Assembly (NCBI GenBank): GCA_964016885.1
Contig: OZ024762.1
Span: 3,596,001-3,660,000, forward strand
Direction of reading: 5' to 3'
DNA from: Eledone cirrhosa
Taxonomy: Eukaryota
DNA length: 64,000 bases
Every line of letters starts with the position of its first letter. Within the stretch, counting starts at the first letter, position 1. Of this stretch, positions 1 through 14,311 are shown one piece after another. A program made the translations under genes and the position numbers. Below the pieces are notes generated by a model that made no database searches, was not told the origin of the DNA, and saw only the letters and a program-made list of their open reading frames with translations.

Positions 1-169
1 ACAAATTTTGATTTTCACTAATTGTGTATACAGGGCTAACATTACACATGTTAGTGCTGCACAAAGTAGTGGGGTAGCTAGAGTAGCCATGTGCAAGAAC
101 CCCTTGACCATCACCAAGCAATCACACAACCACATAGAACATCTACCCAAGGAAATAATAGCAACTGTC

Positions 170-1460
170 AAGGTACAAATCTTAGGACTGCCACCTTCAA
201 TGTTGTGGCATCCTGAAAGGTAAATCAGGTGAAATTGTTGAAAAGAGAAGAGAAGTAGATGTATGCGAGACTAATCATGGGGTAGGAGGTGTAGGTAACT
301 TACTAGCTAAGAAATGGATAGATAGGGTGATAGAGGTAGTTATAGTAAGCAACAGAATCATCAAGCTTAGATTAACTGTAGGAAATAGACTGGTGACAAT
401 TACAACTACCTATGCTCCACAAGCAAGATTGAGTAAAAAACAAAAGGACAGGTCCTATGAGGAATTCTTACGGACAACTTCAGCTTCTAGCAGGCAACTT
501 CAATGGATATGTAGGGCAGTACCAAGATGGATTCTGTGGAGCTCATGGAGGCTATGGTTATGGCTCAAGGAGAGATTGAGGCTCCTGGAATTCTGTGACT
601 TGAATGAATAAACCATTTGCAATACAAATTTAGGAAACCAGCCAGCCACCTGATTTCATATGAATCAGGTGAACACAAAAACTAAATTGATTACTTACTC
701 ATAAACTAACGAGATAAACAGACTAATAAATACTAAAACCTTCCCTAGGGAAGAATGTGCTGCCCAACACAAATTAGTTATTAATGACATTAAAATAAAC
801 AAAAGACAGAACAAGACACGCAGGAAAATATGGAGAGGGAAGGTGTGGATGCTCAAGGACCTTTCAGGATGCAGTAGAAGAGAGGGGCGACAAGCTAGGT
901 ACATATAATGTAGAGGAAAACTGGAAATTCCTACATGACAACCTTTTGCAAACTACTGGAATAGAGCACCAGCCAGACAGAGGGTGACCTGGTGATGGAA
1001 CAGCCTAATGGATAGAGGCCTTAAACCCAAGAGACAGGTTTGGAAAGACTGGATAAATGGGGGCAGCAGAGACCAGTACCAGGTAGCTAAGAAAGAAGCT
1101 AGACGACTGAGAAAAGGTTGATAAGAGAGAGCTGAAAAAATAAAGTTTGCTGATGTTTTAAGGTGTGAGGACCAGAGACATAAAGTGTTTCACATTGCAA
1201 GGCAGTGTCTTAGTGTAAATCAAGATGTTGTTGGGGGAAAATGATGCTGGTGCACTTAGCACCATGGATGCTCAAAAGAAAGAGGCCTGCAAATGTTACT
1301 ATGAGAGATTGATGAATGTAGAGAATGATTGGGGGGAAGAGAAACTACCCATACTACCCAACAGAAGGACCAGCTATTGAAGTAGTCAATTATAGGGTCA
1401 AAGAAGTAATCAAAGAGACGAAGAATGGGGACCATCAGAGATGGTTGCTAAGATGCTTGC
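170..1460 (+). mobile_element. Degenerate RTE-clade LINE, AP-endonuclease region and linker
   Basis: Broken frames with KKWIDRVIEV...YAPQ, HGGYGYG, RLLEFCD; many stops and frameshifts. Confidence 0.8.
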
Positions 1461-1925
1461 ACACATATATACACACATATACAGTGTGTGTTGTGTAAGT
1501 GTGTGTATATATGTGTGTGTGTGGTATGTGGTGTATATGGTATGTGGTGTATATGGTATGTGGTGTATATATGTGTATATATATGTGTTAATGGTTAATT
1601 CAGGGGTGCCTAGGGTCCTTAATGTTCCAGTTTTCATTATTATCCAAAGATCGGAACCAAGAAACTTGACGTAACAATTTGTAAAGTTTCAACTGTCAAT
1701 AAAACAAAGGTGGGGAGTGGAAAGAAACTTCCTATTTAAAATTGCTTATAAGTTTATTAATTATTGGTCAATTTTCATAAAACATGTTTTATTTTGAACA
1801 GTATAATGATAGAAGTACATTGTATCTAGTGCTGTAGGGTGTGTGGGGAGTGGGTGGGGTGGGGCTTACTTTCCACACATGGCTTCCCATATCTCCTCTC
1901 TTGGCCATTGCTTACCTAGGACTAC

Positions 1926-2576
1926 CATAGAGGTTCTCAAACTTTTGGGGCCACGCCCCTACAGCCACCTAATACCCTCAGCACCCCCACCCCTATTTCC
2001 AGAGAGACCTGTCTACACACAACTTGTAAATAATATATAATAAATAAAATCCTTAATTTATATATAATAAATAATATAATATATACTATGTATAAATAAA
2101 TATTATATATTTTATATTTTACTGAACATTAATCAGTATACACTGAGGATGAAAACCTCAGAGCTGTATGGGAGCCTCCAAAAAGTTAGCTCGAAAATAA
2201 CACAGAGGACACTCGGGTTAGCTGGACATGCTCACCAACATTCAGAGTTGACACTGCACTCAGTGCTCCTGTGGGAGCCCCTGCACGGACACACTAGAAG
2301 ATGGAGATCAAGGTTGACATATGTAGATGCCCTAAGGCCAGACACTGGTCTCTGGGAGATCAGAAGATGGCAGCGATGATGAGGGACAGAGACCGCTGGA
2401 GAGAACTTGTCGATGTATCTCGGGAATTTTACCCGCCCTAGATAGATGTATCATTTGATATTTAATATACTATTATATCATCTCTACCACTCCCACCCCC
2501 TTAGGCCCTGGCGCCAATTGGACCTTCCCAACACCCCCAAGGGGGGTGGTAGCGCCTACATTTGAGAACCACTGGA
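1926..2576. mobile_element. hAT-like MITE with a nested LINE 3' fragment (about 2140-2440)
   Basis: Ends ...gaggttctcaaa and tttgagaaccactg; the nested LAGHA...VLLWEP.HG...LTYVDAL segment is also present at 40325-40570 (-). Confidence 0.55.
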
Positions 2577-3722
2577 CTACAGTGATCCTTTTTTTTTTTA
2601 AAGCTGCTAAGCAACTCCTTGTTATTCCCATGGGAGATAACTGTATTAATTTATTTATAAATATATCTGAATGTACAAGGTGGGTGAAAGAAACTTACTA
2701 TTTAAAAATTGCTAATAACTTTATTAATTATTGATCGATTTTCATAAAACATGTTTTATTTTCATCAGTATGTGTGTATGTATGTATGCAAGTATGGATG
2801 TTATTGCATGCATGTATGTATGGTCATGTCGCTCTCAAGTGCTACTGGTAACATGTAACCCAATACAACCTATCTCATGTCGGGTCATCGGCGACTAAAC
2901 AGGCAAGCCCACCAAGCTAGCTTGGACACCCTGCGGGATGAAATACAAGACCCGACAAAGGGTGGAGGAACTCAGCAGAGTCAACGGCCATCCAAATCGT
3001 ACTTTTATTTTTTCACCTGGGAGTGAAAGGGCCCCAGTTAATGTCACAACACCTTTCTAGGAGAGGGAAACTCTGAAAAAACCCTGCGGCTTCGGAATCA
3101 TCCAATGATGTTCACCAGTTCTCCTTTTTCTGGTAGTGTTTTCGATGTTCAGAGAGTGGGATTGGTCGAGTGCAAGGCCTTTCCCCACTTAAAAAACCTT
3201 CAAAGTACAGGCATTGCTTGTTCAGGATATGTTACAGGATTGTGTGTCTGGCCATAGCCTAAAAGTGCACCAAACTCTATAATCTGACAAACGATTGCAA
3301 TATTCTTAACAGAGTTTTCAGCCATCATCTATACATATACATATGTATGTATGTATAATAATAATAATAATGAAATTATTGTGTACAGTGCTCAGGTGCA
3401 CTACAACTCATCAAAGGTGCATGTATAGTACATAGAATCATGTACAAATGTCAGGAAAATAAACAGTGTATGAGTCATGATATAATAACAATAACAATAA
3501 TTAAATATTGTGCACAGTGCCCAGGTGCACCACAACCCATCAAAAAAGTGCATGTACAGTACATAGGGCAATGCACAAACATCAGTAAAATGAACAGTGT
3601 ACGAGTCATGATACACACATGTGTGCATGTGTATGGAAGGGGCACATCAGGTGTAGTTTTGGCGTATTTCGGGAAGCATGAGTGTCTTAAAGGATGCAGT
3701 GTCTCGGCAGTATGTATGTATG

Positions 3723-4527
3723 TTTTCTCTTTCTCTTAATTTCGAGTATATTTTTTTGACCGGCCACCTTCCTGGTGGCAAGGTTGTAAAAGAAAAGAAA
3801 TTGTCATCCCTTGAATCGCAAGAATGTTTTGCATATTTTGAAGGTGCCAGCTATCGCAGCCATTTGTAGACTATGAATTAGGGAGCTGCGCTTTTTGTCC
3901 GCAAATCCAAGTTCGGTCATACTTTGGTCTAAGCGGGTTGGTATATAACCCGTAGCACCAATAATGATGGGTATGAAGCTAAAGGTGTATCTTGGATACT
4001 GGATTTGTAAGCTCCTCATCAATGGTCCGTAGATGTCCTCCTTCTCCTGTATTTTTCTGACAACGTTTACATCAAGTGGGCAGCTGATCTCCACAACAGA
4101 ACACGTTTTCAATGTGTGGTCCCAAACTACAATATCAGGCCGGTTGTGCTTTAATTTGGTGGCAGTTTTTATTTTCAGGTTCCACCAGTATTCCTTAGTG
4201 CCATCTGTCTCAATATATTCTTCCTCGTTTGTTGTTAATTTTGTTTTCCGAAGTGCGTTCCAGATAGTTCTAGCTATCCCATCGTGTCTCATGGGGAGGT
4301 AGTAGCGAGATGACATTCTTTCGCAGCTGGCAACAATGTGGCTTACATCCTCGATCTTTGTTTTACATAGCCTACATTTATTGTCAGCTGCTGGCCCTCC
4401 TCTTTTGTGCAGCAGATATTTGGTAGGGAGTTCTTGTTCCTGTATTGCATAGAGATATCCCTCAAGGTGTGATGTCATAAACTTGTCGGAACTCCATGCC
4501 AGGCTTTTTGAGTGGTTTATCCCCTCT
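3723..4527 (-). mobile_element. 5'-truncated RLE-type non-LTR retrotransposon (R4/NeSL/R2-like): CCHC knuckle plus PD-(D/E)xK endonuclease
   Basis: About 240 uninterrupted codons with CRLC...SHIVASC, RHD, HNRPDIVVWD, VEISCP, IPIIIGATG; stop at 3804; short 3' UTR ending in (CATA)n. Confidence 0.88.
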
Positions 4528-4546
4528 ATGTATGTATGTATGTATG

Positions 4547-4577
<31 letters not shown>

Positions 4578-4628
4578 GTATGTTGCAAAATCTCCTCCCA
4601 CATACTGACATGGGGGTGCTGTTTTTCT

Positions 4629-4856
4629 TTAACCCTTTAATGTTCAAACCGGCCAAAACCAGCCAGAATTCTCTACCTCTTTCTGTTGAAACTGGCTGTA
4701 ACCGGTCGCTCAAACTGATGTTAAGGTATTGCTCTCAAAATAAATACTTTCAAAATCTCATAGATTCGATATTATGCGAGATAATTATCTGAGGTAAAGC
4801 CTTTACCATGAAAATATAATAGCATATATAGAGTAATGTGTATGCTAAAGGGTTAA
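4629..4856 (-). mobile_element. TTAA-flanked piggyBac-like MITE, about 225 bp
   Basis: TTAA-CCCTTT...AAAGGG-TTAA; further copies at about 41880-42107, 44757-45343, 46120-46346, 47704-47921, 48310-48714, 50118-50333, 52675-52830 and partial 29308-29460. Confidence 0.75.
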
Positions 4857-5449
4857 AAATCAAGAGAAACCAACCAACTTGGCCTTATTTGAGATAAGAT
4901 TTTCTTAAAACCATTCCACTCTCATTTCTCAGAAAAGAAGGAAATCACTTTGAGTTGCTCAAGCTGTAGAAAGATGTATCACTTAGCAAAAAACACTCCA
5001 GCCCTCTCGACAGAGTTGGTTCTTGGATAAAGCCTAGTTCAATACATCTGGTCTGACTACTACTACATTCACACAGTTCATTTGGTTCTTTGTTCTTTCC
5101 TGCTTTATCAACAATGCTGACGTGTATGTGTATATGTGTGTGCATGTGTGTATGTGTAAATGTGTGTGCATGTGTATATGTGCATATGCAAACATTCATA
5201 TGTATGAGTATATAAATATAAACATGCAAACAGAGACACACTTACAAAAATACACACTCACAGACATTAATAAACACAAATACATTCACACAAATACATT
5301 CACACAAACACACACACACAAACACACATTCATTCACACAAACACACACATACATTCACACAAACATACATTTATACATTTTCAGCGTAGCAAATGGAAC
5401 GCCAGTTACTTTTTTTTTTTGCTATATTTTTTTACCATCCCTTTTCTTC

Positions 5450-5483
<34 letters not shown>

Positions 5484-5914
5484 ATGTGACGGATGGACGG
5501 AAGCCGCTCAAGTTTATATATAGATAGCTTCAACATGTTATTTCTTTAAAAAAAAATGTATATGTGCACGGAAGTATGTACGTATGTATGTATGTACGCA
5601 TGTATGTATGTACATATATGTATGTATGTACGTATGTGTGTATGTACGTACATATATATATGCATGCATATATATGTATGTATATATGCATGTATGTACG
5701 TATATATATATATATATATATTAAAGTTGAGACAATAAACAGAAAACAAAAAACGTAGAAGCGAAGAGGCAGTATATATATATGTGTGTGTGTGTATGTA
5801 TGTATGTATGTATATATCTCTATCTATATATATGTGTGTGTGTGTGTATGTATATATGTATGTATATATATATCTATATATATATGTGTGTGTGTATGTA
5901 TATATGTAATTATG

Positions 5915-5957
<43 letters not shown>

Positions 5958-6181
5958 TATACATCAATACAACACCAGTACCGTGACGGGATGAGTCATA
6001 GATGACTGCTGGTCTTCAACAAAATAAGAAACCCTCCATATCAGGCTCCAGTTTTGTGTTGTAGTAGGGAGCTTCTTAGCTAGAATAAACACATGGCCAG
6101 CCTCACACACAACTATTTGGCAATCATGTACTCTCCTCTATAAGGTCTCTACATACAAATAGACATATATTTTTACCGTTG

Positions 6182-6249
<68 letters not shown>

Positions 6250-6508
6250 GGAAAAGAAAGAAATTAAATTTTCTTTCTCACTCTTAGTACGGCTGATACT
6301 TAAATATAAGTATGTATATGTACATATATGTATACAGACGTACAGTAGTATGTATATATATACATACATGCACACATATATATATGTACGTATGGGTTTA
6401 CTGAACATTTATTATAATGCTCGGTGTGTTTGTAAACAAACAGCTCGAATTACGCCGTACAGTGTTCAGGCAACCATCGTCGCACTTTTGTTCAACACTG
6501 ACAAAGGA

Positions 6509-6551
6509 ACGATCAACTAGTTTCAAGCTTATTAGCTATCGTCAGCACCGT
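6509..6551 (-). ncRNA. Minimal hammerhead motif with degenerate stem I
   Basis: acggtg-CTGACGA-tagct(aata)agctt-GAAA-ctag-TT-gatcgt; palindromic stem III ACTAGT. Confidence 0.45.
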
Positions 6552-6946
6552 ATACCTGGCTGTCAAATGATTGAACGTTTCAAAGTATATACTTTCCTTA
6601 TGCATATTAACGACTGAACAGCCTAATTTGCATATCGAGTGAGTTAGTCGGCCGGGCGTACCGAAAACGATAAATGGAAAAGAATGAAATGAAATGAAAT
6701 TTCTCACTCTTAGTACGGCTGATACTTAAATATAAGTATGTTTACGTACATACATATATGTATACAGACGTACAGTAGTATGTATATATATATACATACA
6801 TGCACACATATATATATGTACGTATGGATTTCCGACTGCGGTGCCAAGCGGTTTCGGCCTGTGTGTCAGTAGCCATGTCTCTATACCCACTCTGCATCTC
6901 CATTCAATGAGTACTCCCATGATTAGTGGTCTCCCCAGTATATATA

Positions 6947-7050
6947 TACAGGGTGTCCCGAAAAAATGTATACACATTTCGATTACCTGTACAGGCAATA
7001 TTTAGTAGAATCCTGTTGATGTATGTATACATTTTTGGGGGACAGTGTAT
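6947..7050. mobile_element. Tc1/mariner-like MITE; second copy at about 29905-30010
   Basis: TA-cagggtgtcccgaaaaaatgtatac...gtatacatttttgggggacagtg-TA. Confidence 0.55.
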
Positions 7051-7099
7051 ATAAAGAAGTGCATTAGCAGCCGATGTGTGTTTTAGTGCTTACATATTA

Positions 7100-7192
7100 G
7101 ATATGTGTATATATTTATAGTCTCGATTACACACTGCATATATACAGATATAACTTTATCATATATATATATATACACATGTATATATACTC

Positions 7193-7242
<50 letters not shown>

Positions 7243-7250
7243 ATATACTC

Positions 7251-7300
<50 letters not shown>

Positions 7301-8023
7301 ATGCATGTTTGAATGTATGTATGTATGTATGTGTGTATGTATGTATGTATGTATATATGTTTGCATGTATGTACGTATGTATGCATATACGTATGTGTGT
7401 ATGTACGTATGTATGTATGTATATATATATATATATATATTTTCTCCTCGTGCAATGGTCATACTCGATAACGAGAGGGCAGCCATCATGTATATATGTG
7501 TGTATGTACGTATGTATGAATATGTATGTATATATTATGTATGTATTTATGTATGTACGTATATATATATATACATAAGTACGACTGTACATATGTATGT
7601 ACATAAGTATAACCGTATGTATGTATATGTATGTATGTAAGTATGTAGATAAGTACGACCGTATGTATGTGTGTGTATGTATGTATGTGTGTGTATATGT
7701 ATGTATGTGTGTATGTATGTATATGTATATATGTATGTACGTATGTAAGTATGTAGATAAGTACGACCGTATGTATGTGTGTGTATGTATGTATGTGTGT
7801 GTATATGTATGTGTGTATGTATGTATATGTATATATGTATGTACGTATGTAAGTATGTAGATAAGTACGACCGTATGTATGTGTGTACATAAGTATAACC
7901 GTATGTATGTGTATGTATGTATGTATATGTATATATTTATGTACGTATGTAAGTATGTAGATAAGTACGACAGTATGTATGTGTGTGTATGTATGTATAT
8001 GTATGTATGTGTGTATGTATGTA

Positions 8024-8057
<34 letters not shown>

Positions 8058-8456
8058 CGTATGTAAGTATGTAGATACGTACGACCGTATGTATGAGTAA
8101 ACATAGATATTATATATCCATGCCTGTGTAATGCGATATATAGACAAACGAAAGAGCAGTGTATATATATATATTTATATATATATATACGAGAAGGAAT
8201 TACTTTGCGAAGGAAATGATGTATAAAGATAAAAATGATAATGATGTTATTAATAAAAATAATTTTATTAATATTATTAGTGTAGTGAGGCGAATTTTCT
8301 GACATTTTCACATATTAATAAAAATAATAATAACTAACAAGGAATTATTAATGTATGAATGAAGCAAAAAATGTATTTATATATGTATATGTTTATAGAG
8401 TACGCATTGGTGTGTGTGTGGGGGTATGTGTATATATATGTGTGTGTATATGCGCG

Positions 8457-8506
<50 letters not shown>

Positions 8507-9643
8507 GACGCGTCTGTGGATGTGTATACATATATGTACACACACGATTATGTCTGTGTGCGTGTAAACACATGCATATATGCGCGCACATATATACGTC
8601 TACACATACGTGCGTGCGTACATACACACATATACATAAACATGCATACACACACACACATATATACATAATATATACATACATACATACATACACACAT
8701 ATACATATACGTACATACACACATATATATACATATACATAACCCCCACACACACACATATATACATAATATATACATACATACATACATACACACACAC
8801 ACATATACATATACGTACATACACACATATATATACATATACATAACCCACACACACACACATATATATATATATACATAATATATACATACATACATAC
8901 ACATACACACATATACATACATACACACATATATATACATATACATAACCCACACACACACATATATACATAATATATACATACATACACACAGACATAT
9001 ATACATAATATATACATACATACATACACACACACACATATATATATATACGTACATACACACATATATATACATAATATATACATACATACATATACAC
9101 ACACACACATATACATATACGTACATACACACATATATATACATATACATAACCCACACACACACACATATATACATAATATATACGTACATACACACAC
9201 ACACACATATACATATACGTACATACACACATATATATACATATACATAACCCACACACACACACACATATATACATAATATATACATACATACATACAC
9301 ACACACACATATACATATACGTACATACACACATATATATACATATACATAATCCACACACACACACATATACATATACGTACATACACACATATATATA
9401 CATATACATAATCCACACACACACATATATACATAATATATACATACATACATACACACACACATACATATACGTACATACACACATATATATACATATA
9501 CATAACCCACACACACACACAAATATACATAATATATACATACATACACACACACACACATATATATACATAATATATACATACATACACACACACACAT
9601 ATACATATACGTACATACACACATATATATACATATACATAAT

Positions 9644-9701
<58 letters not shown>

Positions 9702-9712
9702 ACACACACACC
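7100..9712. repeat. Compound (TA)/(TATG)/(CA) microsatellite field
   Basis: Direct inspection; recurring blocks aagtatgtagataagtacgaccg and cataatatatacatac...cataaccc. Confidence 0.95.
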
Positions 9713-11200
9713 AATGTTCCAACGTGCCAGTAATATTTGACAATCTGACGTCAACGAGAGACGGGAAGACGAACCATAGCAATAATATTAGGTGTGTCAA
9801 CTTTAGGCACAAGGCCAGCAATTTGAAGGGGAGAAGTAAGTTGATTAAGTCGACCTCCAGTGTATTACTGGTACTTTATTTTATCGACCCCCCGTAAGGA
9901 TGAAAGGCAAAGCTAACCTCGGCGGGACTACTACTACTACTACTACTACTACTATTGCTACTACTACAATAACAACAACTACTACTACTTCTACTCATAA
10001 TAATAATTGTTTCTACGTTAGGCACAAGACCAGCAATTACCCAGTACATTACTGGTTCCTTATTTTATCGACCCCGTAAGGTTAACCTCGAATAATGGTT
10101 CCTTATATAGGCACAAGGCCGGCATTTTTTTTTTTTTGGGGGGGGGGGGGAGTCGATTAAATCGCCCCGAGTGCGTTACTGGTACTTTATTTTATTTTAT
10201 CGATCCCGTAAGGATGAAAGGCAAAGTTAACCTCGGCGGGATTTGAACTCAGATCGTAAAGGGCCGTAACATGTAAAGCATGGCGTCCGACGCTCTATTC
10301 TTGGTTAGCTACCGGGGTTTACATAAAGGAAAACATTAAGGATGGTACACATATGGGTGTCTGTGTGTAGAAAAGGTAACAATAACAATAACAAAAAAAT
10401 GTAACAAAAATATAGAAACAAAAACAAAAACAAATTACCTGTGGTGGAGGTGGACGGACAGAGGGTTACTTGTGGAGAAAGCCCACAAAAGCCACGGCCA
10501 ACCTGACTGCTAGGCTCAGGCGTAACTAAGGTATGGCAAGCATGGCACGTGCTATGGGCAGCACATGAAGAGGGCGCCACCTGGACTAGGAACACATTCT
10601 ATTAAAGTCAAATAAGCCTCGCCGGAGAGTGAAAAGATAAACCCCTTCGGATATATGATCTGTCTCTGATTATCATGGTGGCTGGATCATTAAACCATTT
10701 ATATAAATTATTAGGCACATAGGTAAACATACAGTGGTGGACAGGGGCACAATTTCACTGCTTGTCATAGCGCTATTTTCCCTAGTTATGCCTCTGTCGC
10801 CAGGGCAAGCGCCCTCTCCCAGTTGTCCTCTTTCAATAATACAGGCACAGGTTTCTTTATTAACCACAAAGGGTTAACATTAAGAAAACACTAAGGCCGA
10901 CACAGGATTGTACAGTGTTGCGTGTAAAAAGATGTGTGGTTATAAAAAAATGTTTTTAAAGAACCAAATGTTCCAATAGGGTGATGGGAAAACTTGCGAG
11001 GGTCACTCGTAGAGAAAACCCACTAACGCTTTCTTTATTAGCTACACAGGTCTCACATTAAGAAAACATTAAAGACAACACAGAACGATACAATGTGGGG
11101 GTTGCGTGTAAAAAATAATCATGAAAATTATGACTGAAACAAAAGAACACATGTAAAAAATATATTCATACAAAAAAAAAATCTCCAGCGGAAAGAATTT

Positions 11201-11402
11201 TACGAGTGTAGGTTGAAAATTTCATAGGCTGACCAAGATACTCTCATGGAATGACAAAATGGGGTCTATTTTTCAACATAGTCCCCGGAAAGAAACAATG
11301 CTGTTATTGATAAGAAGAGTTGACATTAATGCATGCAAGATTTCACAACCCTAGCATCACTCCTTCATAGTCAGCCTATGAACTTCTCAGCCCATCTTCA
11401 TA
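11201..11402. mobile_element. Mariner-derived MITE
   Basis: Imperfect TIRs tacgag...gaaaatttcataggctgac and gtcagcctatgaacttctc...cata; TA at both ends. Confidence 0.6.
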
Positions 11403-11719
11403 CTACAACTACAACTACTACTAAAATTACTAACGATATTGGTAATATAAACAATGTGATTTGTACGTACATACATTGGTAAAGCGCAGGCCTTGGTTCC
11501 GTGCAGTGGTGGCCATCAACAGGGAAGAAATATCGCAGAAACATCTCTCATTGTTGGAGAATGTTGTTTGGAGAAAATTTTGAAAAAAATGGAAGGGAAG
11601 GAGGGAAAAAATTGTCCAGGAAGTTATCCGATTGTAGGGTGCAAGCGATCCATCTTGTCAACTACTATATAGAAAGGAGAGAGAGAGAAGCTTCCTTAAT
11701 AAATACATCCTTTCTAATA

Positions 11720-13346
11720 ATGCTACTCTCTCTCTCTCTCTCTTACTGCCACTCTCTGTCTCTAGCTGTCTTTTACTGCCTTTCGCTCCCCCTCTCTCTC
11801 TCTCTTTTACTACATCTCTCTCTTACTACCACTCTCTGTCTCTGTCTGTCTTTTACTGCCTTTCTCTCTCTCTCTCTTTACTTCTCTCTCTCTTTCGATC
11901 ACTTCCACGCTATCTCTCTCTGCGTCTTTTACTCTTTCTCTCTCTTTACTTCTCTCTCTCTCACTTACTGTCTTTCTCTCGCTTACTACTTCTCTGTCTT
12001 TCTCTTTATCTCTCGCTTACTGCCTCTCTCTCACTTTCACTTACTGTCACGCTCTATCTCTCTCGCTTACTACCGCTCTCTTTCTTTTACTGTTCCTCTC
12101 TCTTACTGCTCTTTTTCTTTTTCTTATCACTTCTCTGTCTTTCTTATTGTCTCTCTTTCTCTCCTACTGCATCTCTCTCTCTTTCTAACGTTGCCTTCCC
12201 TCCTCCTCCACTTCCCTTGTCTCCTACTGCTCTACTGCTGCCGCATCTTCTTCGCTCCTTTCCCTTTCTCTCTCTCACCTTTTTACACGCTATCTTGTCC
12301 TCCCCCTCCTCCTCCTCTTCTTTATATTCATACTATTACTACTACTACGGCTTGTCCTTCACTCTTTTTTTCACACCCTCTCTTATATTTTACTTCCCTC
12401 GCCTCCCTCTCCCTTGTTTTACATCTCTCCCTCTCGTCTCTTCTCGCGCACTTCTCAATCTTTCTCTATCTATATAACTCTCTCCCCCTCCCTCTCTCTT
12501 GTCTCTTCTTACGCACTCTTCTCTATCTCCCCCTCTCTCTCTTTTTCTCTCACTCCCGTCTCTTCTTGCGCTCTATCTTCTCTCTATCACTCCCTCCATC
12601 CCTCTCTCTATCACTCCCTTCCTCCCTCTCTCTATCACTCCCTCCCTATCTCTATCTCTCCCTCCCTCTCTCTATCACCCTCCCTCCCTCTCTCTATCCT
12701 ACCGAGTTATCTCCCCCCCCCCCATTCTCTCCTTCATTTAACATTTCACCTTCTTTCATCCTATTTACATCACTTCTTCATTACCTTCACTTATTTTAAT
12801 CTTTCTTTTACTTTCTTTTCCTTCATCTTCCTATTACCCCCGTTCTCTCCCTCTCTCTCTTCTCTTTCCCTCAGTCTCTCTCTCTTCTGTCTTCCTCTCC
12901 CTCTCTATCTTCTCTGCTTTTCTCACTCTCTCCTCTTCTTCTCTCTCTCTCTCACCTCTCTTCCTTCTCTCTCTTTTTCTCTCCTCTCCCCTTCTTCTCC
13001 CTCACTCTTTTTGTTCATCTCTCTTTCTTTCTCTCCCTCTCGCCATTCCCTCTCTTCCACTCTCTCTTTCTCTCTCCTCACTTGCTTCTGTTTCCTTCTC
13101 TCTTTTTTTCTCTCCTCTCTCTCTCCTTCTCTCACCCTCCCTTTCCCTTCTCTCTCTTTCTTTCATTTTCTCTTCTTCTCTCTCTCATATTTTCTTCCTC
13201 TTCATCTTACACATTCTCCTCCTCCGCCCATTCATTGTGCTATATATTCCTCCTTTTCTTCGCCCCATCAATATCTTTTTAGGGGTCTTTCTTTCTATAT
13301 CCCCCCCACCACTCTCTCTCTCTCTCTAAATATATATATATATTTC

Positions 13347-13390
<44 letters not shown>
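11720..13390 (+). repeat. Degenerate (CT)n polypyrimidine tract of about 1.7 kb
   Basis: Strong C/T strand bias; source of the L/S/F-rich pseudo-ORFs. Confidence 0.9.
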
Positions 13391-13426
<36 letters not shown>

Positions 13427-13441
13427 CATATATATATATAT

Positions 13442-14257
13442 ACTAGCAGCAGGACCCGGCGTTGCACGGGATAAGAAACGTGAAATAGCAACACGCATAT
13501 GCAAAGATTGAGGAATGTAGCTGTGTACTTTTTGAATTCCTTTATTCTCAAGGAATGATTGTTCATCTACTGGAAATGTAGAACACCAACAGGCCCCAAT
13601 CGTAAAACATCTTCAACCATGTGTAAAATCTGAAAAAAATCAGCTGGATACTCTTTAAGCATACTAAATCTTAGAGTATGATTTTTCTTCCATTTGGAGA
13701 AAAACCGGTTAGGTAGTTTTCTAGTTTTATAGATTCGCACCCAGTCATCCGGACAGACATCTTCAATTATGTCTATTGCACCTGCATGCATACTGTACAG
13801 AGTAAAGCCTGCAATGCTTGAGTAGGACATGTCATGCAACCACACAGCATGTTGGGCCTTCCCCACAGAAGACCAGAGCCTCTTCGTAAATCTACCCAAT
13901 CTGATATAGACCGAACTGTTATATCGGATGCCGAACACTTCGGGGTTACTATTGGGTTCACCATCAACAATTTCAAGGGATGTACATTTAAGTAGGGATA
14001 ATATAGTCTATAAAGAGAGGTAACTCTTTCAAAAATACTAAAGAGTTGTCTCTCTTGAAAATTGTAGACAAAATTGCCGATCTAAATGGCTTAAAGCTTT
14101 AGTGTAAAAAACGCCTTTAACAATAGAACATTGAAAAATAAAAGCTGCAGTTAATATCTTTAGACCGCAAAGAGTATATAAATGCAAGTTTGAAGTAAAT
14201 CGAAGTAGAAACGTGGATTTGTATAGACTTTGCCAAAATTAGGACACACGCACACAC

Positions 14258-14270
<13 letters not shown>
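13442..14270 (-). mobile_element. Non-autonomous Helitron-like element
   Basis: 3' hairpin cccgtgcaacgccggg followed by ...CTAG|T on the - strand; its 5' part (14115-14250) matches 35325-35460 in the opposite orientation. Confidence 0.7.

Positions 14271-14311
<41 letters not shown>

Noticed and set aside
2820-3090. Possible HDV-like or twister-like ribozyme in an RTE-type 5' UTR (tgtcgggtc/gacccgaca pairing, ctaggagagggaaactctg)
   Set aside because: I could not build the required pseudoknot helices in the correct order by eye; an Infernal search would be needed.
5122-9821. Long ORFs rich in Y/I/C/V/M/H/T, up to 495 aa
   Set aside because: Translations of (TA)/(CA)/(TATG) microsatellites, open in several frames; no domain or splice support.
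11501-13511. 432-aa and 365-aa L/S/F-rich ORFs resembling membrane proteins
   Set aside because: A degenerate (CT)n tract lacks stop codons by composition.
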